A stretch of DNA of 64,000 nucleotides, from positions 28,396,001 to 28,460,000 of the forward strand of contig CM060731.1 in the NCBI GenBank assembly GCA_030704615.1, given 5' to 3'. Below the pieces are notes generated by a model. That model was not told the origin of the DNA and did not search any database. It saw only the letters and a list, made by a program, of their open reading frames with translations. The position numbers were made by a program, and so were the translations under genes. The stretch is from Takakia lepidozioides (taxonomy: Eukaryota > Plantae > Bryophyta). Shown here piece after piece: positions 26,250 to 36,870 of the stretch; within the stretch, counting starts at the first letter, position 1, and the number at the start of each line of letters is the position of its first letter.

Positions 26250-29200
26250 CTACCGCCGACGCATACCACGACCCCGGCCCCGGAAACCACCACCACGTCC
26301 TCTCCCAGCCATGGCATTTGCTGCACCTTCCCCTTGTGCACTCTCCGACTGATGTACAAAAATAGTGTTGTTAGAAGAAATCGTTTAGCATACTAGGGGA
26401 CAAATACAACCAAGAAGAGTTTAATCAGTCAATTATGAGGTTGCCAGAATGGCAGATCTGGATCAGATTCGGTCCTCAATCTTCAGCAGTCAACTTGGCT
26501 TACTCTTTGCAACTTCTTGTTCTATCTTGGCCCCAGGCCAGCCAGAATGGCAACCACCACAGGAAACATTGAAAAGAAGATAACATACTACTTTATGAGG
26601 TGAGTGAACAACTCAAACTTGAAATGTCCATTGGGCATCATGCATATAGCTTTGACAGCAGGAATGCTTTCTAACCTTGGGGTTCCGAATGGTCTCATCA
26701 ACACTAAGAACAAGACAAGCTGCTTCTGTGGCTGCAGTAATGGCATTTATCTGCAACCCCCATACCCCAAAAATACATTAAATAGACTTGAGAGACAAAT
26801 GTACCCACCTCAGGCACAGGTTCCAGTTGGATAATTCAACCAAAGTACTTACAAGATCACTGTCAATATTTAGAGTCAATACAAAGCGACACTGGAAATT
26901 GGAGACAACCTAATGTACAAGCGCAGGTCACTGTCCACCAAGCAGCTAGGTCGTACTACGACACAGCTCTAGGAGAGTCTGTGGGACAGTATCGCCATGC
27001 CCTTTTGAGTAGCAATCCCAATCTAAAGCACTCAATACATTCCAACTTTAGAGCTTCTAAATTACACACCGAGAACACATATCATACATAGTGGAAATTG
27101 GAGACAACCTGACGTAGGAGTCTAGAGTACTCCAGTCAGTTGTACTATGACACCACCAACGTGTTCTAGGAGAGCCTGGGAGAGGGTGCCACACAGACAA
27201 CCTGTGCAGTATACCAGAACTCTAAGCTGTAACAAGAATTGAGCTGCCCTTTTGAGTAGGCAATCCCCCTCTAAAGCACTCGCTGCTACTCCTCACATTC
27301 CAACCTTGGAGTTTCTATTACAGACCCAGAACACATGTCACATGTAGTGGAAATTGGAGACAACCTTATGTAGAAAACAGGAGTATAGTGTACTCCATGC
27401 AGTCAGGTTGTACTATGATACCACCTTGTTCTAGGAGAGCCTGGGAGGGGGCGCCACACAGAGAACCTGTGCAGTATACCAGAGCCATAAACTGCACCAA
27501 GAATTCAGTGCACAGCCCTGCCCCTTTAAGTAGGCAATCCCAATCTTAATCACTCAATACTCCTCACATTCTAACCTTAGAGCTTCTAAATTACAGACCC
27601 AGAACACAGATCACATGTAGTGGAATTGGAGACAACTTTATTTAGAAAACAGAAGTATAGTATACTCCATGCAGTCAGGTTGTACTATGACACCACCTTC
27701 TCGGTCTAGGAGAGCCTGGGAGGGGGCGCCACACAGAGAACCTGTGCAGTATACCAGAGCTATAAACTGCACCAAGACATCAGTGCACAGCCCTGCCCTT
27801 CAAGTAGGCAATCCCAATCTGAAGCACTGTTTAATTCCAACCTGAGAGCTTGCGAGAGGGTGCCACACAGACAACCTGTGCAGTATACCAGAGCTCTAAG
27901 CTGTACCAAGAATTGAGCTGCCCTTTTGAGTAGGCAATCCAATCTTAATCACTCAATACTCCTCACATTCTAACCTTCGAGCTTCTAAATTACAGACCCC
28001 GAACACAGATCACATGTAGTGGAATTGGAGACAACCTTATGTAGAAAACAGGAGTATAGTATACTCTATGCAGTCAGGTTGTACTATGATACCACCTTCT
28101 CGGTCTAGGAGAGCCTGGGAGGGGGCGCCACACAGAGAACCTGTGCAGTATACCAGAGCTATAAACTGCACCAAGACATCAGTGCACAGCCCTGCCCTTC
28201 AAGTAGGCAATCCCAATCTTAATCACTCAGTACTCCTCACATTCTAACCTTAGAGCTTCTAAATTACAGACCCAGAACACAGATCGCATGTAGTAGAATT
28301 GGAGACAACCTTGTGTAGAAAACAGGAGTACAGTATACTCCATGTAGTCAGGTTTTACTATGTTACCTTCTTGTTCTAGGAGAGCCTGGGAGGGACCGCC
28401 ACACAGAGAACCTGTGCAGTATACCAGAGCTATAAATTGCACCAAGAATTCAGTGCACAGCCCTGCCCTTCTAAGTAGGCAATCCCAATCTGAAGCACTG
28501 TTTAATTCCAACCTGAGAGCTTCTGATCTGGTACTCATGGCCAAGCTGAATACAACAGGGGGAAAAAAACTTGCCAGGTTTGAGAAAACCCTGAATTTCC
28601 TTGAAAACAACTATTTAGAATGTGGCAATCATTCACTTCTGGTCAAATTTATGCTGCATGAAACCTTGACCATTACTCACAGGCATTTAAGCCTATCAGT
28701 GCCCAAGTCAGTTAATGAGAACAAAATAAGGATGAAACCAAACTTAAGCATAACAAATTTAAGCCTAGGAAGGCCCCAAGCGTCCGCAGACCCCCTGTGT
28801 TAATCCTGGAAGGACTCAGGTTGATAAAGTCAAGCACGGGTACCTTGACAACAGCAGGCTCCCACACAAAGTTTGCATAAGTATCAATGATGCCACCAGT
28901 GTTGATGTCGACTCCAAAGTGAGATCCTTCCCCTGCAAACAGAGAGAGCTGATTCAATAATGAATGATGAGAAAAAACATACAAACGTAGAGCGTGAGTT
29001 ACAAAGTCTTTGTCTTTGTTCTTTCTAACCTCTCTCCTTTCTTCATTGTTCACTTGACACTGACCATATAATATGGACATCGAAGTCTCTCTGTCTTCCT
29101 TTTTTGTCCCCCACTCTCCTTTGGTCGTTCATCTGGGTATACCTGAAAGAAGAGCATGCTTTTGTCTAAGCTTGTTCAGTACATCAGTTGCATCGAAACC

Positions 29201-32200
29201 TGCATTGTCACAAAGCTGCCGGGGTATGACCTGCACACATGCCCCACTAGACACTATCACCACCTTGTTCACTCTGTCGGAAATCTTTTCTGAAAATCCC
29301 TCTTGGAACCTTCTATCCCACATCAACAGATTGGAAGACCCCATCAAAAATGTAGTCAAGAGACAGTTCTTCTCATTAACTCTGGATGGATCAGGACAAG
29401 AAGTGGAGCAGAAGTATGAATGTCAGCATTCCAGTCTACACATCCATCAGAAAAGGGCCAAAGCAGAGAGTGGAAACCTCGAGAGCTTTCGCATAGGAGT
29501 TGATGAAGAGCTGTGACTTGCCAGCAATGGTCCGTGCATAATGCCGCAAGTACCTGCTAATCTCCATCTGCCACACCCTAACCCTACATCCCATTATCTA
29601 CCCACAAAAGGCATAGAATATCTTAGATATCTTTAGCATGTCATAGTACATACAGCCACTCATAAATATGACCATTAATGTAGTAAATAGGACGAAACAA
29701 GAAGTCACATAGCAGTAGCTTGACAAGTACGATGATGATTCACAAAAGAGTTAAAGTTCAAAGGATGACTGGACAAAAATACTTGCATCAATGGCACCAC
29801 CACCAGGAACAACAGTTGAGTTCTTCAATGCTCTCCGCACTATCATGATGGCATCATGTAAGCTGCGCTCTGCCTCTTCGATAAACTGCCAGCCATTTCA
29901 CAAAGCCCACATCAGACAACTATTAAGGGAAGGGAAGGATGATATAAATCACCAATTGAATATGCTTCTAAGCTCCTGAAACACCTAGCCAGAACCCTCT
30001 ACATATAAAGGACGAATTACCTTACTTTCCAGACAACTTATGTAGTTAACAATCCAATCCCCCAGCCCTAGAACCTATATCCGTAAGTCACAGTTTCATC
30101 ATCCAACTTAGCTCCAGAACTTTTTTGTTACTTTCTTTTTTATAGGAAATGGTCATGACCCCAAACAATCTTCATTAGAAAACATCTTCACCTATCAGCA
30201 GAAGCCAGAAAGGACAGAAAGGGGAAGAAGCCACAAAGGCATCAACACAGGCCAAACATCCTCCAAACACACCCAAAAACTGCCACTCCTCTCTTTCACA
30301 CCCTTTTTTGGAAAACCTAATTGCACCACGGGATCTTTATAAGAGCAGCTCCTACAAGGGCTGTTGGCATTTGTCACGTTTGGCATGCTGGGTGCCTAGT
30401 AGCACTAAAAAGCCAGACAGCCCGGAGGAAACACATAGGTGCTGTAGCTGTGAAAAGTTAACAGTCCCCTACTGTTTAATGTAACCACGTAGACCAAGGC
30501 CAAACATCTATCCACACGCAGGTATACCATAGAACTAAAAGATACTTACTCTAATAAATCACGTTAACTCAAAAACAGTAACATTATAAGCTCAGACTAA
30601 ATCAACAGAAAGAAGCCCACCTGTTCGGCACCCCCGCGAAGGACAATGGTTGCAGTTTCGCCTGCTGGGCATCCCGTGAAGATGTTGAAGCGCTCATTGC
30701 CAACCTGTCTTTCCTCAAAGAGCTCACACACGCCCAGTACCTGCCAGCCACACTCACATCATTGCTGGACTCACTTTTTGATATCCAGAAATAGCACATC
30801 CGTGCATAACAAATATGTGGTGGCTCAGATTCAAAACACTGGGCACCTCTTTTTAACTTGCTATTCAAAAGGATTAATCTTTGTACATTTTCAAAGAGTG
30901 ACTAACATCGCACATTACCTCGGGCACCAAATTGTTGACTGTGGTTTGCACAGACGCGCCCGTGGCGCTACCTACACGTTGCAAGTCCTCCTCCATCACA
31001 CGCCCGGCACAGAACACATCCCGGTCTGCAAAATACTGTAAAGCATACAATTCACTTCACAGGTTAAAAATCTGTCTTTTCTCTGGATCCTACGACCAAC
31101 AACTGACTGGACCTACAACTCCCACCTTATGGGCCTTCAGGCATCAAGTAGACACCCAGTAGATCTCTGGTTTGTTCTTCTCTCATTAAGTTTAAGACCA
31201 TATATAAAAGTCACGCCCAGTATAGAGTTCTTACTGATTGCTCCACCTCAAGTACAAGTTGGACAATTACCTGAGTGGCCAAATCCCCGATAGCAAGCCG
31301 TGATAGCACAATCTTTGCACCGCTCTTGACACACTTGTCTAGCTTTTCGTAAATGATGTTCCATTCTGCATCCACTATGGACTGGTACTGGGTGGGGTCG
31401 GATAGCCTGGAGAGGTTCACAAAGAAACAGGTGCACATTTGAGTGATGGTTATTAAAAAAACACTTATGAACCAACCCTACCAGCAGGTGGAGTACCACT
31501 CAAATGCACTTGATCCTAGTAGATACTTGGTTAACACATCACCTAGTATGCAGTTCTTAAAACAAGAGACTTACTTCATTGCATTCAGTCTGTTCACACC
31601 TCTATCTATCCTGTTTCGGCCACATCCAGTTTCCTCAAACAAACCATTTTGCATCTTTTTGTAATAGGTGGAAGGACATTCACCTGACTTCAGCATTCTC
31701 TTTCTCGGATTTCAGCTCCAGCTCCAGATTCAGAAGCAGAATCTTAGGGTTGTCAAACATCTTTGGTTGCTGCTCAAAACCTGCATAGGAGAATGTTTTC
31801 TTGAAAGCCACCCCTTTCACCAAGAATGAATCGCGCATGTTGCCTCCTTGCACCTGTGTACACACAGGAAACATGTCAATACAGAAATGCTGAACCTTCC
31901 ACGCCCTATGGAGAGAGCTAGAGGGCAATAGAAGGAGAAAGGGGGAGTGGGGGGGGCAGTGTGTTTGAGGGAGACTTAGCCTTTTTCATTCCGATCATAT
32001 TCAGGCGACTGTCCTCTCCAAGAATTGTGACAGCATCCACCACCATTTTGGCAAAGAAATTTTTCTCTCCGCCAACTAACTTTGAACTCAAAGTGGTGGC
32101 CGCACATTTCTCAAGCAATGACTTTTTCTCAGCCAAGGTCTTTCCTTCAATACTAATTGCCAATTCTTTAACTTTCTTCACCACCAGATTGGCTGCAGTC

Positions 32201-33521
32201 CGAAAGCTGCGTATAATAAGCTGTGGATGTACACCATCTTCCACGAAGGGCTTCGCCTCTCGCAAAAACTCTCCAGCAAGCAGCACCACTGTTGTGGTCC
32301 CATCTCCCACCTGCACTTACATGATGCATCCACATTGGATCAACATATTCTGAGAAATCTTAGAACTGGCTGCAGATTGCCTCCAACTTCACCTGACAAA
32401 AAGATGGTACTTCCCACAGCAAAACCTTGGGACCGAAGGCTATTCTTTTTTATTTGACAACATCTACACCACAACAAATATCATGCCTAAGCTGGAAATA
32501 AAACAGAATAAAGGCTTGCCAAGCACTTCTAGGCACCAATGCGTAGGATAGGGCCTAGGATTCTTGTCTTTCTTGGACAAGGTGCACCATGTAGTCCATG
32601 CAATGCTTATTTTAAAGACAGACCGGACCTCCAAACCTCAGCCATACCTTAACAATGAACATATTCAAACTTTGACTGACAGTTCCAGATAGCCAAGACG
32701 CAGTTGAAGAATACCAGGTATGTTAGAAGAACAGACCTCAGCATCCTGAGATTTGGCAATGTCCACAAGGATCTTGGCAGCAGGGTGCACAATGTCCAGC
32801 AGCTTCATAATGGTAGCTCCATCATTAGATATGGTGGTCGTCCCCTTGTCGTCATGGATGAGCTTGTCCATACCGCGGGGGCCCAGAGTAGTACGGATAG
32901 CATCAACCACCGCAATGCATGCATTGATGTTGCTGATCAATTGTGGCTTGCCCTGGGAGGTGTCGGTACCCTCCTTCAAAAGTATGATTTGAGGTTGCTG
33001 TTTACCGCCCCACCCCACAAAGACCCAGCCTTTCAATACCCTAACAAAATCTGTACAGCTCATCGACCTGAAATAATGTATCGCCTCAGACCTACATTTC
33101 TTGTAGTGATACAGAAAAAATGCATCGCTCACAGAAACAAGCAAATTAGCAAGACGAGAAAAGAGCCAAGAGCATTTTCTAAAATCCTGCAGTACGAAGA
33201 GGAAACCGAGCCTCCTGCTGCCTACAGCAGGATGCTTCGTAGTCCATGATCCTTCTCAGGCATAGAGCTCAAACATAATTTTGAAAAACTGCTTACACAT
33301 TGCATTTCCTTCGATAGATATTCCGTCAAGCAGTTCCAGCGAGGTGGCATACAACGTACACGATTTCTGCAGATTTTGTAATAATCACTACACTGATCAT
33401 TTGTGAATTTAGGGTAAAATCAAGATGACCTAAACCCACGGTATTAATGCAAGCAGACAAAGGTCACCACTGCAAGAAATAAAGCGGGAGAGAAATGCCC
33501 ACTCACCAACATAGCTGCCAT
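26250..33521 (-). CDS. CCT7: T-complex protein 1 subunit eta (chaperonin CCT7), 13 exons, 562 aa
   Basis: Exons 33507-33521, 32737-32997, 31981-32310, 31684-31853, 31271-31406, 30919-31035, 30621-30740, 29787-29885, 29478-29567, 29143-29230, 28844-28932, 26676-26750 and 26250-26348 sum to 1689 nt in frame. Motifs [34 protein letters not shown], and C-terminus SESAQGEG...GRGRGMRRR*. Confidence 0.97.
26890..28525. repeat. Intronic satellite (about 270-bp unit, about 6 rearranged copies) in CCT7 intron 11
   Basis: Marker ggagacaac at 26901, 27100, 27356, 27628, 28027 and 28301; shared blocks ccacacagagaacctgtgcagtataccagag and aagtaggcaatccc. Confidence 0.9.
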
Positions 33522-34258
33522 GTCGTCCAGGAATGCGGTCCAGTGACAAGGAGAACCCGGTAAGAGAGAGAGCCACAAGCAGAGAAGAGGAAGACGATGC
33601 AGGTTTGGCCGCTGCCGGTCTTGGCTGCGCGCGAAGCAAGCTACCCAGAAATTTTCTTTAGTACGTAGGTCCAACGCGGATGATGCACATTCATCGCCAA
33701 CTTACATCCGTCTACTCTATGCTGTGTAGCCTGTTAGGGTTCTTTGGTAGAGAATCTTTATCATACCGGTAATGGGAGATCATAGTGAAGGCCTTTCAAA
33801 TCGTAAGAGACCCTGCCAGGATTTTGCAGTTAGAGAGGATGGCGCCTTACACGGAGGAATTTTCATGCCAGGTGAGCATGGCACCTTACGCGTAAGGTTC
33901 CTCCTCTCCTCCAGAGGAAGGAACCTTACCGAGCCGTCCGATTTAGATGATCCCAGAGAGAGGAACTTTAAGCGTAAGGTCGAGAGGATGGCACCTTACA
34001 CCCAATGAGGTACCCTCCACATACACTAAGAAATTTGAGCCAGTTCTTTACGTATAGGGTAAGGCCCAAGGACGGGGGCCTTCCTGAAATAAGCGGCCCG
34101 CCACGAGGCGGTAGCCGAGTGCGGCCCCGAGTTTCAGGAAGGCCCCCGTCCGAGGGCCCTACCCAGCGTAAAGACACAGCCAAGGATTTCCTTTACCATC
34201 GACCGATTGTGTTAGTTTCTGGTTCTACTTATCGATGTCATACATATCTCTTACACAG

Positions 34259-34899
34259 GTATCGACAGGGCAATTCTAAGAACTGGAAATTTGACATATC
34301 TCACTGTTCCGCAGAGCATCATAGGCCAGCTGTGGATTGTTTCATAGAGGATGTGGTGAATACATACAAAGTTCTTATGTCGCACCGTCCCAGGTGGACA
34401 AATGCATCTCCCCATGCTTTCTTCCTAATGCCAAAGAATAAGTGCAAGCCTCATAAGGATCCAATCTGGTTTATGAAGATTCATGTAAGGAAAAACACCC
34501 TGAGATTGTTAAGCAAACGTCTGACAGTAGATATTCTTGAGCTAAAGGGCTAAAACCGGCAGAGATATCGCAATAACGCAAATGGCAGATGCTCTTGTTC
34601 CTATGGAAAACGGTATGAAGATTTCGTGACATCCTGATGCCAAGAGCTATGCAAAGTAAGAGTTACTTCATCACTTTACCAGTTTCTTGATTTTTGTTTC
34701 TGTTTTTCTAACTTACAGTTTCTTTCTGTGTTTACATACTCATGGTGGTTCATGATGAATGTGTAGATATGACAGATCGAATGTCAGAGTTCGAAATCAT
34801 GCCATGCAGAGAATAATCTCTGGCGAGGTTCAAGATGGCAATGCATTGTCCTTTGACGAAGCCTACAACCAGGAACAACTGAAGTTTAAGGAAGATTAA
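34259..34899 (+). pseudogene. Crypton-like (DUF3504-type) tyrosine recombinase, spliced C-terminal half, pseudogenised
   Basis: Acceptor at 34258. Reads VVNTYKVLMSHRP...FFLMP...IWFMKIHVRKNTLRLLSKRL, then a frameshift, then KTGRDIAITQMADALVPMENGMKIS*HPDAKSYAK, an intron (gtaag...tgtag), and YDRS.... This matches the YR box II pattern xxxR...SGH...Y. Confidence 0.7.
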
Positions 34900-36281
34900 G
34901 GTGTTCATTAGTTTTTGTTTCTGTCTAATGTCATGTTTAACTAGATTTCTTATGCAGTAGTATATTCTGGTCTCTAAGGTGTCATCTTCTATAACTAATA
35001 TCTCAGTGGTTGTGTGGAAGTTTTTCTATAGTAGTATGTCACTACTATTTTGAGGTGTGAGTATTTATTTCGATCCTAATGTTTATCATGATGTTTCTTC
35101 TCAGGCTGACAACGCCTCATGTGCTGTATCCATGGTAACTGAGCATCATGTTGAGAAAGAAAATATTGATCTGCAATCCTCAGACAAGGAGATCACTCTA
35201 CCAGAAGGAAATCGCTCTGTGTTAGAAGGTTGTCATATTGTCAATGACATGATCGAGAACTCGAATATTGGTCCTCACTGGAGGGAAATGTTGCTCTTAC
35301 AACAACGATGGAGAAATATGATCATAAGATCGTATCTACTGTCACTTATATTAGTTGGCACCAATTTCAGAACCTTCATAATTGCAAGATTACATTCTCC
35401 CTCGGTAATGATCATGTTGTTGCAACCAATCTTCTGCGGAGCATGTAATCTACTGCACCTCAGTGATATAACCTTCATTTTGCAAACATCGTGGCTGACA
35501 TTCTTTGAGACATTTTTCGATGATGTTTTTTGGAGATTTCATATAGATATATTACAGTATATACATTGGCACATTCTTGAATACTGTCACAAGTTACAAC
35601 CTTTACTCGACTGTTACTGATTTGATTTTGAATACAAACATTTGTCCTTTTCTCTTTGGCTACATTGTTCATGTCTGTGCAATTGCCCTCACTGTAACCA
35701 ACTATGCAGAATTGGTGGGAAAGATAAAGATAAAGATAAAGAAGAAGAAAAAAGATATACAACTTGAAGGAAAATATGGAAAGAAAATAGGAGGAGGAAC
35801 CTTACTGGGCGTAAGGTGCCTCACAATACAAAGATGTAAACCATCCCTATCAGAACCAGAAGCAAATAAACTACACAAGTCACAGTGTAAAGGATAAAGA
35901 AGAAAGCGCAAGAAGACGCCGAACTCATCCGAGTGTAGACTGGAATCCGTGTCATTGACATTTCTTAACTCTGAAGCACCTCTGATCACAAAGTTGTGTG
36001 TGCAAAAATAGCCAAAACGTAGGTTCACGCCATGAGGTGTGTCTGGTTGGCACTTTGTCTGCTTCAGCATGCTCGTTGCTCTTCGGCTAGAGTGAGAACA
36101 TCACTCTTCTTAGTCTCCTTCCTCAGGCCGACCTCAATAGATCTGTGTATTGCCTCCTCCGCAACAACTCTCACCCGATAAATCATAAATCGTGGATCTT
36201 GTAGTTATATTAAACTTCATAACAACAATTCCAGTTGTTACCGAAGTCTTCTCCTGTCGGGAACGAATTATACGCCCAAGA

Positions 36282-36311
36282 CACTAGAAGAGAAACCGGC
36301 TTTTTCCAATG
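36282..36311. other. Candidate left CACTA TIR of the TnpD element
   Basis: CACTAGAAGAGAAACCGGCTTTTTCC lies about 590 bp beyond the TnpD stop. No partner TIR and no subterminal repeats were seen. Confidence 0.35.
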
Positions 36312-36870
36312 TGTTGAAGAAGGTGCCCTCATCGGCTGATTTTACCAATTGTGTCGCTGCTGCTGCGGCTTCCAGTTGACCATCTACCCATGCAGGTTTC
36401 TTGTACCAATCCTTCCACAAGGAATCATAGGCAATGTTGTGCTTGAAATGTGGCCCTCACCGATGAATCTGGACCCACACTCTATCCCTGCTCCTTCAGC
36501 TATCCATGCCTCTCACAAATCATGCATACATCTTTGCCTTGCTGGTAGCAACTGACAATAACAGCCTACATTTGTTCAAGGAAACACCCAACTCAACTTC
36601 TCACACTAGTTCCTATGCTCAATTGCATCTGCTACTCTCTATAATCCAACATGCATTCACCTTTTTCCCACAATTGGGCCACCATTGATTAGGGTCAGAA
36701 AAGTATTCATGCCACAACTTCATGACTGTTTAGGGTTCACTGTCACAAATGAAAGTGTGTTTGTCAGAATTCTGCCCACCCCAACAACTCAGTCACTCCC
36801 ACCCATGGAAGGTACCATGCTATATCAAGTCTAAACCCTGGAAAAGTACATGCAATAGCAGAAACCAACT

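Noticed and set aside
30090-30105. C-box-like GATGATGA on the minus strand in a CCT7 intron
   Set aside because: No suitably placed CTGA D box or terminal stem was found.
35057-35620. 187-aa plus-strand ORF downstream of the recombinase
   Set aside because: No recognisable domain. It may include a decayed terminal exon of the YR gene but cannot be called as a separate gene.
36660-36730. Minus-strand KLWHEYFSDPNQWW resembles the OSB protein PDF motif
   Set aside because: The following DNR...PDFKH part is missing and the frame is surrounded by stops; too short to support.
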